From the NCBI RefSeq assembly GCF_009914755.1, contig NC_060929.1: a DNA stretch of 64,000 nt; one strand, 5' to 3'. Below are positions 14,901 to 30,389 of this stretch, piece after piece. The notes under the pieces are model-generated. The model had not been told where the DNA came from and ran no database searches. It worked only from the letters and a program-made list of their open reading frames with translations. A program made the position numbers and the translations under genes. Every line of letters starts with the position of its first letter. The stretch's first letter is position 1. This DNA comes from the human T2T-CHM13v2.0 reference genome, Homo sapiens.

Positions 14901-17900
14901 GCCTGAGAAATGAGACAGATAGTTACAAAATAATGGTGGGGGAATTCAATACTCCACTGACAGCACGAGGCAGGTCATCAAGACAAAAAGTCAGCAAAGA
15001 AACAATGGACTTAAACTATACCACCTTCTATTCATCAGCACATAAAACATTCTTCAAAATAGACCATATGATAGGCTACAAACAAGTCTCAATAAATGGA
15101 AGAAAATCAAAATTATATCAAGTACTCTCTCAGACCACAGTGGAATAATACTGGATATCAATTTCAAAAGTAATCCTTAAAATTATGAATATGCATGGAA
15201 ATTACATAACCTGCTCCTGAATTATCATTGGGTCAACAAAAAAAAAAGATGAAAATTAAAAAAAAAATTAAACTGGACAAGTATAGTGACACACCCTGTC
15301 AAAACCTCTAGGATACAGCAAAAGTGGTGCTATGGGGAAATTTCACAGCATTAACTGTCTACATCAAAAGGTCTGAAATAGCACAAAAAAACAATCTAAG
15401 GTTACACTTCAAGGTATTAGAGAAATAAGAACATATCAAACCCAAACCCAGAAGAAGAAAAGAAATAACAAAGATCAGAGCAGAATTAAATGAAATTGAA
15501 ACCAAAAAATAATACAAAAGATAAATGAAACAAAAGCTGATTATTTGAAAAGAGAGAAAAAATTGATATAATGTTAGTGAGAGTAACGAAGAAAAAAAGA
15601 GAGAAGATCCAAATAAGCTCAATTAGAAATGAAACAGGAGATATTATAACTGATACCACAGAAATAAAAGAGAACATTCAAGGTTACTATGAACACCTTT
15701 ATTCACACAAACTAGAAAAAAATAGAGGAGATGGATAAGTTCCTGGAAATATACATCTCTCCTAAATTAAAGCAGAAAGAGACAGAAACTCTGAACAGAC
15801 CAATAACAAGCAATGAGATTGAAATGGTAATTAAAAAGTTACCACCACCAACAACAAAAGTCCACATGGATTCACAAAAGGACCACATGGATTCACAGAT
15901 GAATTCTATCAGATATTCAAAGAAGAATTGGTACTAATCCTATTGATGCTATTCCAAAAGATAAAGAGAGAATTCTCCCTAAATCAGTCTATGAAGGCAA
16001 TATTACCCTATACCAAAGATAGAAAATGACATAACAAAAAAAGAAAACTACAGACCAATTTTCCTGATGAACGTAGATGTAAAAATCCTCAAAAAAAATA
16101 CTAGCTAACAGAATCCAAAAGCATATAAAAAATAATAATCCACCATGATCAAGTGGGTTTTATACCCAACATGCAGGAATGGTTTAACATATACAAGTCA
16201 ATAAGTATGATACACCACATAAAGAGAATTAAGAACAAAAATCACATGATCATCTCGTTAGCAGCAGAAAAAGCATTCAACAAAATCCAACATCTCTCTA
16301 TGATTAAAAGCCTCAGCAAAGTTGGCATAGAAGGAACATACTTTAAGGTAATAATAGCCATCTATGACAAACCCACTGCCAACATTATATTGAACAGGGA
16401 AAAGTTGACAGCATTCCACCTGAGAACTGGAACTAGACAAGTATGCCCACTTTTACCACTTTTATTCAGCATAGTACTGGAAGTCCTAGCTACAGCAATC
16501 AGACAAGAAAAAGGAATAAAGGGCATCCAAATTGGTAAAGAGAAAGTCAATCTGTTGCTGTTTGCCAATTATATGATCGTATACCTAGAATACCCCAAAG
16601 ACTCATCTAAAAAGCTCCCAGAACAGAAAAATGAATTCAGCAAACTTTAAGGATACAAAATTAATGTACACAAATCAGTAGCACTGCTATACATCAACAG
16701 CAATTAAGCTGAGAACCAAATTAAGACTCAACCACTTCTACAATAGCTCCCAAAAAAAGAAAAAAAACCCTTAGGAATATACCTAAGCAAGGAAGTGAAA
16801 GACCTCTACAAAGAAAACTACAAAACACTGCTGAAAGAAATCATAGATGACACAAATAAATGGAAATATATCTCATGTTCATGGATGGGTAGAATCAATA
16901 TTGTAAAAATGACCATACTACCAAAGACAATCTACAATTTCAGTGCACCTCCTATCAAAATATTACCATCATTCTTCACATAAGTGGAAAAAACATTTCT
17001 AAAATTCATATGGAACCAAAAAAGAGCCTGCATAGCCAAAGCAAGACTAAGAAAAAAGAACAAATCTGGAGGCCTCACATTACCTGACTTCAAACTACAC
17101 AGTAAGGCCTTGACAGTATAATACTGGTATAAAAAATAGGCACATAGATCTATGGAACATAATAGAGAACCCAGAAATAAAGCCAAATACTTACCAACAA
17201 TTCATCTTTGAAACACACACAAAAAAACATAAAGCAGGGAAAGGATAACCTATTTAACAAATGGTGCTGGAATACTTGGCAAAACACATATATAAGAATG
17301 AAATTGGATCCTCATCTCTCACCTTATACAAAACTCAAGTCATGATGGATCAAAGACTTGTATCTAAGGCCTGAAACCATAAAAATTATAGAAGATAACA
17401 TCAAAAAATCCTTCTTTACATTGGTTTAGGCAAAGACTTTATAACCAAGAACCCAAAAGCAAATGCAACAATAACAATGATAAATAGATGAGAATTAATT
17501 AAACTAAAATTCTTCTGCACAGCAAAAAAAATCATCATCAGCTGCAGAGTAAACAGACGATCCACAGAGTGGGAGAAAATCTTTGCAATCTATACATCCA
17601 ACAAAGGACTAATATCCAGAATCTTCAAGGAACTCAAACAAATCAGCAAGAAACAAAAATCCTATCAAAAAGAGGGAAAAGAATATGAATAGGCAATTCT
17701 CTAAAGGGGATCTACAAATAGTCAACAAACATATGTAAAAATGCTCAGCATCACTAATGATCAGGGAAATATAAATCAAAACCACAATGCAATACCATCT
17801 TACTCCTGCAAGAATGGCCATAATCAAAAAATAAAAAAAAATAACAGATGTTGATGTTAATGTGGTGAAAGGGGAACACTTTTAAATTGTTGGTAGGAAT

Positions 17901-18525
17901 GCAAACTAATACAACCATTATGGAAAATAGTGTGGAGATGCCTTAAATAAGTAAAAGTAGAACTACCATTTGATTCAGCAATTCCACTCCTGGGTATCTA
18001 CCCAGAGGAAAAGAAGTCATATGAAAAAGATGCTTGCACACGCATGTTTATAACAGCACAATTCACAATTGCAAAAAATGGAACCTGCTCAAATGCCCAT
18101 CAATTAATGAGTGGATAAGGAAAATGTGGTCTATATATATAAAATGAAGTACTACTCAGCCATAAAAAGACATTAAATAATGGCATTCACAGCAACGTGG
18201 ATGTATTTGGAGACCATTATTCTAAGTGAAGTGACTCAGGAATGGAAAACCAAACATATTATGTTCTCACTCATAAGTGGGAGCTAAGTTATGAGGACAC
18301 AAAGGCCGAAGAATAATAAATGGATTTTGGAGACATGGGGGAAAAGTGGGAGGGGGTAATTAATAAAAGACTACATACTGGGTACAGTGTACACTGCTCA
18401 GGTTATGGGTGCACCAAAATCTCAGAAATCACCACTACAGAAATCATCTGTGTAACCAAATCTCACCTCTTCCCCCAAGACCTATTGAAATCAAATAATA
18501 ATAATAATATAAAATAAAAAATACA
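11960..18525 (+). mobile_element. Near full-length L1PB-like LINE-1; ORF1 and ORF2 disrupted
   Basis: 5'UTR aaaatggctgataggag...gaacttttgctccaagaactacc; ORF1 fragment 13958-14215 (KPIRLTADFSAE); EN fragment 14523-14801 (ISILTLNVSGLN); RT fragment 16153-16650 ([18 protein letters not shown]); L1PB 3'UTR gggtacagtgtacactgctc; A-rich tail. Confidence 0.93.
13744..13788. mobile_element. Truncated MADE1 (Hsmar1 MITE)-like fragment inside L1 ORF1
   Basis: After TA: ttacattggttcagaagtaattgcaattttgc, resembling the MADE1 TIR ttaggttggtgcaaaagtaattgcggtttttgc. Confidence 0.65.
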
Positions 18526-18563
18526 AGAAGAAAAGAAGTCAATTAAGAACTGTAAAGTACTAA

Positions 18564-19889
18564 TTTTCCTGTGGGTAGATACTCAGTAGTGGGATTGCTG
18601 GATCAAATGGTAGTTCTACCTTCAGTTCTTTAAGAAATTTCTACAATATTTTCCATAGTGGCTGTGCTAGTTTACATTCCCACCAAAGGTGTAAAAGGGT
18701 TCCCTGTTCACTGCATCTGTGCCAACATCTAGTGTTTATTTATTTTTTTGATTATGGTCATTTTTGTAGGAGTAAGGTGGTATTGCATTGTGGTTTTGAT
18801 TTGCATTTCCCTGATCATTAGTAATGTTTGAGCATTTTTTCATATGTTTTTTGGCCATTTGCATATCTTATTTTGAGAATTGTCTATTCATGTCCTTTTC
18901 CCACTTTTTGATGGGATTGTTTGTAAGTAATTTTTCTTACTGATTTGTTTGAATTTGTTATAGATTCTGTAGTCCTTTATCAGATGTATAGATTGTGAAG
19001 ATTTTCTCCCACTTAGTGGGTTGTCTGTTTACTCTGCTCAGGGTTCCTTTTGTGGTGCAAAAGCTCTTTAGTTTAATCAGGTGCCACCTATTTATCTTTG
19101 TTTTTATTGCCTTTGCTTCGGGGTTCTTGGTCATGAAATCCTTACCTAAGCCAATGTCTAGAAGGGATTTTCCAATGTTATTTTCAAGAAATTTTATAGT
19201 TTCAGGTCTTAGGTTTAAGTCCTTAATCCATCTTGAGTTGTTTTTTGCATAAGGTGAGAGGTGAGGATCTAGTTTCATTCTCCTACATGTGGCTAGTCAA
19301 TTATTCTAGCACCATTTGTGGAAAAGGGTGTCCTTTCTCTACTGTATGTTTTAGATTGCTTTGACGAAGATCAGTTGGCTGTAAGTATTTGGGTTTATTT
19401 CCGGATTCTCCCTTCTGTTTCATTCATCTATGTGTCTATTTTTTTATACCAGTACCATGCTGTTTTGATGATTGTGGCATTATAGTATATTTTGAAATCA
19501 GGTAGTGTGATGGCTCCAGACTTGTTCTTTTTGCTTAGTCTTGCTTTGGCTATGCAGGCTCTTTTTTGGCTCCATATGAATTTTAGAATTTTTTTTTCTA
19601 ATTCTGTGAAGAATGAAGGTGGTATTCTGATGGGGATTGCATTTAATTTGTAGATTACTTTTGGCAGTATTGTCATTTTCACAATATTGATTCTACCCGT
19701 CCATGAGCATGGAATATGTTTCCATTTGTGTCATCTATGATTCCTTTCAGTAGTGCTTTGTAGTTTTCCTTGTAGAAGTCTTTTGATTCCTTGGTGAGGT
19801 ATATTCCTAAGTATTTTGTGTTTTTTTTGCAGCTATTGTAAAAGGGATTGAGTTCTTGATTTGATTACCCACTTGGTCACTGTTGGTGT
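18564..19889 (-). mobile_element. L1PB-like ORF2 internal fragment with no 3'UTR or tail
   Basis: ORFs 18958-19278 ([21 protein letters not shown]) and 19428-19682 ([17 protein letters not shown]). Confidence 0.9.
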
Positions 19890-20256
19890 TATAATTTTAT
19901 TTTCTAAATAAATGTTCAATATGAATGTAGGTAGGACTGTTTTTATAAAAATATCACAAATATTATAAAAATAAAGAAAAATAAAATATTATTTAAATAG
20001 TTAATGTTTTATAATAATTTCTCTATTCTTAGTTACACTGAACTCAGCCCCCATCTGTTTGCAATTTTCTTTCCTCTGCCTTACTCTTAGTATGTTAATG
20101 TTCATAATTAATTCAAATCCTAATGATGGTCATATACATTCCTCTAGTTTTAATTCTTAAGTCCTTTTTTGTATATTGTCATTTAAGATATCCTGTTGGT
20201 GTTTCAAGTGTAATATAATGAGCTCAGCATATTCCAGCTCATTCCACTGACCAATC

Positions 20257-21337
20257 CACTGTGGGAAGTCAGGGACCCTGAACGGAGGGACCAGCTGGAG
20301 CTGTGGCAGAGGAACATAAATTGTGAAGATTTCATGGACATTTATCAGTTCCCAAATAATATTTTTATAATTTCTTATGCCTGTCTTTACTTTAATCTCT
20401 TAATCCTGTTATCTTCGTAAGCTGAGGATGTGCATCACCTCGGGACCACTGTGATAATTGTGTTAACTGTACAAATTGATTGTAAAACGTGTGTTTGAGC
20501 AATATGAAATCAGTGCACCTTGAAAAAGAACAGAATAACAGCGATTTTTTAGGGAACAAGAGAAGACAACCATAAGGTCTGACTGCCTGTGGGGTTGGGC
20601 AAAAAGAGCCATATTTTTCTTCTTGCAGAGAGCCTATAAATGGATGTGCAATTAGGGAAGATATCGCTAAATTCTTTTCCTAGCAAGGCATATTAATATT
20701 AATACCTTGGGAAAGGAATGGATTCCTTGGGGGAGGTCTATAAATGGCCGCTCTGGGAATGTCTGTCTTATGTGGGTGAGATAAGACTGAGATACACCCT
20801 GGTCTCCTGAAGTATCCTTAGGCTTACTAGGGTGGGGAAAATCTCCACCCTGGTAAATTTGTGGTAGGACCGGTTCTCTGCTCTCCAACCCTGTTTTCTG
20901 TTGTTTAAGATGTTTATCAAGACAGTATGTGCACCGCTGAACATAGACCCTTATCAGTGGTTCTGCTTTTGCCCTTTGCCTTGTGATCTTCATTGGACCC
21001 TTATCAGTAGTTCTGTTTTTGCCCTTTGTCCTGTTCCCTCAGAAGCATGTGATCTTTGTTAGACCCTTATTAGTAGTTCTGCTTTTTGCCCTTTGAATGT
21101 GATCCTTGTACCTACTCCCTGTTCTTACACCCCCTCCCCTTTTGAAACCCTTAATAAAAACTTGCTGGTCTGAGACTCAGGTGGGCATCGCAGTCCTACA
21201 AATATGTGATGTCACCCCCAGTGGCCCAGCTGTAAAATTCCTCTCTTTATACTGTCTCTCTTTATTTCTCAGCTGGCTGAAACTTATGAAAATAGAAAGA
21301 ACCTACATTGAAATATTGGGGGCGGGTTCCTCCAATA
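20257..21337 (+). mobile_element. MER11 (HERV-K11/HML-8) solo LTR, MER11A/B-like
   Basis: gggaagtcagggaccctgaacggagggacc...gaacataaattgtgaagatttcatggacattt; TATA-like boxes; aataaa ~21153; 6-bp TSD ccaatc (20251-20256, 21338-21343). Confidence 0.92.
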
Positions 21338-21600
21338 CCAATCAATGCAATGTTATCTTATTTACCCCCTTTTTTAGTATCAGAGTTTAAAAATCAGATT
21401 TTTCAAGCTCAATATTATAATTTATATTTTATCCTCTTTCCCTTTATACAAGCAATCTCTAAGTTGTACTGTGATAATTGATTTCATCTTAAGTTCATTG
21501 TTGCTTTAAGCCTAGAATAGGCTGCCCTACTTCATCCTTCAATTCCTTTACAAGCCTCTTAAGCAGTCCCCTAAATTTTTATTTCTTTATCAAATTCACA

Positions 21601-21693
21601 CTATGTCCTGAATGGTATTGGCTAGGTTTTATTCTAGGGTTTTTATGATTTCACATCTTATATTTAAGTCTTTAATCCATCTTGAATTATTTT
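21601..21693 (-). mobile_element. Isolated ~90-bp L1PA ORF2 fragment
   Basis: ctatgtcctgaatggtattg.ctaggtttt.ttctagggtttttatg...tttaagtctttaatccatcttgaatta; homologous to 27658-27751. Confidence 0.85.
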
Positions 21694-21729
21694 ATCCTAT
21701 TTCTATATTTACCAAAAAATATAACCCTT

Positions 21730-21732
<3 letters not shown>

Positions 21733-21777
<45 letters not shown>
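21733..21777. repeat. (CA)n microsatellite
   Basis: Directly visible. Confidence 0.97.
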
Positions 21778-21779
<2 letters not shown>

Positions 21780-21919
21780 GCTTACAGGAAAATGTTTAAA
21801 CAATACTGGCATTTACAGTTCTCCATGTTTTGAGAGCATTATAAATAATAATGTTTCAGTTTTTTCTGAGATTTCTGTCATAATATTGCCTCTGATAAAA
21901 CTCAAATCTTTAGTTAATG

Positions 21920-22490
21920 TGTTGGTTATGTATTTCTTCATGAAAATGTTATCACAAACCTAGTGGCTTAAAGCAAACCACATTTATTGAACTCAAGTAC
22001 TCTGTGAGTCGGAAATCAGGGTACAGCCTAGCTAGGGCCTCTGTTCCAAGGTCTCACAGGTTGACTCCAAAGGTGTATCAGTGTTGCAATCTCAGGAGAG
22101 GCTCAAGCTTCCAAGCTCACATGGTTGTTGGCAAAATTCAGTAACTTCCAGGGTGCTGGACTGAGGACCTTAGTTTCTTGCTAGTTGTTGGCAGGAAGCA
22201 GCTCTCAGCTCTTTGCCCTGTGGCTCTTTCTGTAAAATAACTTACAGTATGGCAGCTTGATTCTTTAAAGCCAGCACAGGAGAGAAAGTCTTCTAGTTAC
22301 GTGAGTGATAATCAGATACAAAATAATCATGCACAATAAATCACCATGTGCATCCTATCACATTCATTGTGTGCCTATTGATTAGAAGCCAGTTTAGGTC
22401 TCATCCGCACCCAAGGGGAGGGGATCTCAAAAGGGCATGAACATTAGTGAATGAATCTCTTGGAAGTCACTCCAGAGTCTACCTGCCACA
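21920..22490 (-). mobile_element. MaLR LTR, MLT1E/F-like
   Basis: cacaaacctagtggcttaaa...cttccaagctcacatggttgttggcaaaattcagt...agagtctacctgccaca. Confidence 0.75.
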
Positions 22491-24599
22491 GCCACCTTTA
22501 CGTAAGTTATGTCCTTCCAATAATAATTCACTCATAATGTTTACAAATCCCGATACATTTTTTCACTTTTCCATCTACCTTTTTCTTTAGGGAGGATCCT
22601 CTGAGCAGTGTAATTTCAGAACTACTAAAGAAGTTATTGTTTCAGGTAGTTATTTGACAATGTGACATTTAAATAACGGCAAGACTATAATATGATGTTT
22701 TAATCTGTCTACCATTTGTCTAGCCCTATTACGAGAAGAAAAGTGTTGAATTGATTATAGCAGGAAAATGTCTCCATGCCATCTACCAATCTAAGATACA
22801 GTTTATAATCTTTCCTCAATGCCTAATAAAGGCAAGTTCAAGTGTTTATAATATAAGCAACTGAAACCATATCTTATCAATAAACTTCATGAGGGCACAC
22901 TATTTTACATGTAGCAATAATTCAAAAATATTTATAAATGATTAAATCAAGTCTGAGTAACAGGTGATTGGACACAGATGTAAAATTACTTTTAATTAAG
23001 CAATTTAATATAATTTTGTAATATGATCTGCAAAAAAACTATGTAGGAAAATGAATATTTAAAGCATAGCTTAATGGATACTAACCTAACATGATAAAAA
23101 TTGCTTTTGACATTAAAAAAGGCATTACTCAGTAAATATTTCTTGCTGATTAAATGAGTTCTTTACATTAAATTCAGCATTAAATAGCAGTCTTTCCCCT
23201 TTTTTCTCTAATAGTAATTTGCTCCAGAGTTTATTAGTTTTTTTTAAATTGCTGTTGTAACTTAATCTGAGAGACTCATGTATCAGAATATAAAGTAATG
23301 ACACATAATATAAGCTTGGTAATAAAAAAGCAACTTTCAACCGAGAAAAAAGTCACATTTAATAGCATTCAATATAAAAGACGAGTATGGCTTCGAGATA
23401 AATTACTAACACTTCTATACTGAGCAGTGATACACATTTATCAGTGGTTGCCAAAAGATACTTACGTTAATGTACTGCCTTGAATTTCTTATTATCTGAA
23501 ACTCATTTTTAATCATTCAGCATGTATTTACTAACAATTATTTGTCTGCTTTAGTACATGAATCAAATATCTGACACTTAAAATTGTTAATAGATTGAAT
23601 GTACTGTGATTGCTAGATGTGTGAAAAGTAGACTCTATGATTAAAACAATTTTTTACATGGTTAGATACCAAAATGAAATTCTTACAATAGTAATACTTC
23701 ATTTGAATTGGTTTATAAATGTCATGTTAGCTACAATGCAATGAATTGTATAATGGATTTAGAAATCTTTTTTTTTTTGTCCAAGTCATGTAAAGTACTT
23801 CAGAGGTGAAATTTCAAAGTCATGTAAACTTTTCGTCAGACTAATATTAGTGGAAGACACACGTAAGTTGTCAATACCTACTAGCTTTTAAATATAAAAT
23901 ATTAATAAATTATACCAGAAAAGTATATGATTTTTATGTAAATAGGACAAGTTTTCAGTTACTTAAGTATTTCCTGGGTTTTCATTTAAGTGTTTATGTA
24001 AGAAATATAAATTTGAGGACTTGAAACTATTAAATTGATTGTTCAATAACATAATTAGTATTGACCTATTAAGTGGTGTGATTTAATAATTAGACTAAGT
24101 ATGTTAGTAATTATATTGGACAAGCTTATATACTACATTCTTGGGATGTATGATGGAATGATTAATATGATATTTGTTTCTTCTTTCAGAATTTTAAATA
24201 AGAACTGGATTTGAAGTAATTAATGCAGGTAGATATATTGCAAAGCTCTAAAGACTACATTCATATTACTGATCACAGTAAAAAGCTATAAGAATTAATA
24301 AGACAAAATGTAATTTCCAGTTAAGGAAGTCAGGAAAATCTTTTTGGGGAAAAAAAGTATTTGAAAAGAAATATAAACTCCAAGCAAAAGTATGTGTGTG
24401 AGCAATATTTTAGAGAAAAGAAAAATCACGTTGTATCCACACCCTTGACCATATATATGACTTTGAAATTTCTACTAAAAGTGTTCATTATATACTTCAT
24501 TTTGGGTCCTGACACTTGATTTGTTTTCACTTTACTTCCAATACTTACTTATGCAATGTCATTACAAAACCATGCTTAGACAATGCTTTTGATCTCAGA

Positions 24600-24846
24600 A
24601 AGAAAATCAGAAGCACAAAAAGCAAAGCCGTCTCAGATGAGCCGCTTCAGCTTTTTCTGAGAACAACTATCTCCAAACTCACCCACATACATACACATGA
24701 ACCTATCTGTGATTCTAGAGTTGCCCAACTGACCCCAGCCTTCAACAGTTGACTTCGTGATGACCTATAAATTAAAAATAAAATAATTTTTCCTTCTGGC
24801 CACTGAGTTTAGGGGCCACATGGTACATAACAATTGATCATAGATT
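24600..24846 (+). mobile_element. Old MaLR LTR 3' fragment
   Basis: gcccaactgaccccagcc...aaataatttt...gccactgagtttagggg...acataacaattgat. Confidence 0.5.
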
Positions 24847-24858
24847 TAAAATGAATAC

Positions 24859-25655
24859 TGGCTGCATAGTATTCCATGGTGTATATTGCCACATTTTCTT
24901 TATCCAGTCTAACATTGATGGACATTTGGGTTGGCTTCAAGTCTTTGTTATTGCGAATAGTGCTGCAGTAAACATATGTGTGCATGGGTCTTTATAGTAG
25001 AATGATTTATAATCCTTTGGGTATATACCCAGTAATGGGACTGCTGGGTCAAATGCTATTTCTATTTCTAGATCTTTGATGAATTGCCACACTGTCTTCC
25101 ACAATGGTTGAACTAATTTGCTCTCCCACCAACAGAGTAAAAGCGTTCCTATTTCTCCACATCCTCCCAGCATCTGTTGTTTCCAGAGTTTTTAATAATT
25201 GCCATTCTAACTGGCGTGAGATGGTATCTCATTGTGGTTTTGATTTGTATTTCTCCAATGATCAATGATGATGAGATTTTTTTCATATGTTTCTTGGCCA
25301 CATAAATGTCTTCTTTTGAGAAGTGTCTGTTCATATCCTTCTCCCACTTTTTGATGGAGCTGGAAACCATCATTCTCAGCAAACTAATACAGGAACAGAA
25401 AACCAAACACCGCATGTTCTTACTCATAAGTGGGAGTTAAACAATGAGAACATATGGGCACAGAGAGGGGAACATAACACACTGGGACCTGTTGGGGGGT
25501 TTGGGGACAAGCGGAAGGATAGCATTAGGAGAACTACCTAATGTATATGTCGGGTTGATGGGTGCAGCAAAGCACCATGGCACATGTATACCTTGCAACA
25601 AACCTGCACATTCTGTACATGTATCCCAGAACTTAAGTATAATAATAAAAAAAAA
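24859..25655 (+). mobile_element. 5'-inverted L1PA7/8-like insertion (minus 24859-25357, plus 25353-25655)
   Basis: Strand switch at shared gatgg; plus part ends cagaacttaagtataataataaaa; aatact on both flanks. Confidence 0.9.
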
Positions 25656-26611
25656 TACTAAAAGTTAGAGTATAGTTATAACAAAAACCCACTGTGTGAC
25701 ATTGTCATTAGAACCATGTAATGAATGAATGCTGGAAAAGCAGTTAAGAAAGTATTCACTATTTAGTTGTGAAACATATGTTAAAATTAAATCTATATAT
25801 TATTTGGTATAAATCAAACCAAAATATTGAAAATGCATCTGACATAAATGTCAACAGGAGGAAATGTTTTTAGGTAACATATTTGCAATTTTTTTTGCTA
25901 TCAATGGTTAATGTACATCAAGACAAATCTTATTTTAAGAACAGAACTAGCCAGTTTGACAGCAAAATGAAGGAGTATGAAAATAAAGCTACTTTTCATA
26001 TCCAGACTCTTCAGCAAGTAAAGGGCCTTCAAAATCAATTACAGCATGTGGCCATTGACTAAATTCAAGGTGTTATCAGTGTTATATGGATTCCATATAA
26101 GGACATATAAGTCATATACAGGCAGCCTCTTTACCAAGAAAAAAGAGGACTTTAAGTAAGTACAGAGAATCATCCTACAGCAGTAATTTTTTTTGTTTGT
26201 TTGTTTGTTTTTGTATTTTTGGTTTTAAGTCTAGAAGGAAGCATATGTGTGATAGAATATTAGGTATAACTTTTAGCTAATGGATTAATTAAAATTAAAA
26301 ACATAAAAGACACAGCATTTTGACAAAAACTTACTGGCAAAGTACGCCATATATGATCTAAGAGGTGACTGAATGTAATGAGATATAAAATTTACTCTGA
26401 GGTCTGAGCATTCTAGTGCCAAAAATCATGCTGATAATATTTACCTGCCATCAAACAGGAAATATTTTTCGATGATCTTTTTATAAGTGACCAAAGATAA
26501 TAATAAAAAAAGAAACACATCCCAGAAAGCAGAGGCAAAACCAAGAGAGAACAATGAACAGAGAGAGAATCTCAATGAGCAGAGTTAGGGCCTAATTAAG
26601 AAACATCCCTA

Positions 26612-29146
<2,535 letters not shown>

Positions 29147-29730
29147 ATCTATGTTCCATCCATTCATGCCACTCTTCCTCCTAACTCATGGCAACTACTG
29201 ATCTTTATACTATTGCCATAGTTTTGCCTTTTCCATGATGTAACATAGTTGGCATCATACCACAGCTAGCCATTTCATATTGGCTTACTTCACTAAGTAA
29301 TATGCATTAAAAAACAAAGTCATATATATCCATGACTTGATGGCTTATTTCTTTTTAGCTCTGAATAACATTTCATTGTCTAATTCACTGCAATTTATCC
29401 TTTCACCTGCTAAATAACAGGCCTGTTGATTGCTTTCACGTTTTGGAAATTATGAATAAAACTCCTGTAAACATCTGTGTGGATAGAAGTTAGTTTTTGT
29501 TTTAATGTTTTTGGGTAGATATCAAAAAGAATCATTACTGGATCATATGATGAGTATACTTAGTTTTATAAATAAATAAGAAAGTTCTCAACTGTCTTCT
29601 AACGTGGCAGTACCATTCTGCCTTGCCAGCAGGAATTAATGAGCATTCCTGTTGTTCCATATGCTCACCAGCATTTGATATTGTCAGTCTTCTAGATTTT
29701 GGCCATTCTAATAAGTATGTAGTGGTCTTT
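29147..29730 (-). mobile_element. L1MC-like 3' region
   Basis: tggcaactactgatcttt...atagttttgccttttcca...catagttggcatcatac...gattttggccattctaata. Confidence 0.7.
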
Positions 29731-29769
29731 GATGTCTTTTTATCTTCCCTTATTGTCCATGTATTTTTT

Positions 29770-30365
29770 AAGAATCCTTTTCTATATACTTGGAACATTT
29801 TCTTATAATGCATACCTTCTGGCAATTATCGGTTGTACAGCAGATCTCTAGAACTTATTCATCTTGCCTAACTGAAACTGTATTATCTATTGAACAGCAT
29901 CTCCTCATTTTCTTCTGCCCCTAATCACTGGAAACCAAAACTTTTCTCTTTGTTTCTATGAGTTTGACTGTTTAGACATCTCAAATAAGTGGAGTCATGC
30001 AGTATTTGTCCATCATTAACTGGATTATTTCACTTACCATCATGTCTTTATGTTTCATCTATGATGTCACATATGACACGATTTCCTTCTTTTTTTAAAG
30101 CTGAATGACATTCTATTGTATGTGTATACTACTTTTTAACTTATTTATCCATCAATGAACATTTAGGTTGTTTCAATATCTTGGTTATTGTAAATAATGC
30201 CACAATAAGCATGCTTATATCTCTCTGAGATCTTAATTTCAATTATTTTGGGTATATAACCAGAAATGGGATTTACTGGATCATATGGTTGTTCTATGTT
30301 TAATTTTTTGAGGAGGATTCATACTGTTTTCCATAATGGCTGCAGCATTTTACATTCCCACCAAG
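29770..30365 (-). mobile_element. L1MA9/L1MB-like 3' region
   Basis: gtacagcagatctctagaacttattcatcttgcctaactgaaac...tttacattcccacca. Confidence 0.75.
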
Positions 30366-30389
30366 AGATATTTTTCTATAAATAGAATT

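Noticed and set aside
15860-15900. Short tandem duplications (ccacatggattcaca x2; also ~55919-55981 and ~63486-63524)
   Set aside because: Ordinary slippage duplications
16153-16650. 165-aa RT-like ORF
   Set aside because: Fragment of disrupted L1PB ORF2; the catalytic motif reads FANY instead of FADD
20945-21110. Repeat-spacer-like pattern resembling CRISPR
   Set aside because: Internal MER11 LTR repeats in a primate genome; no cas genes
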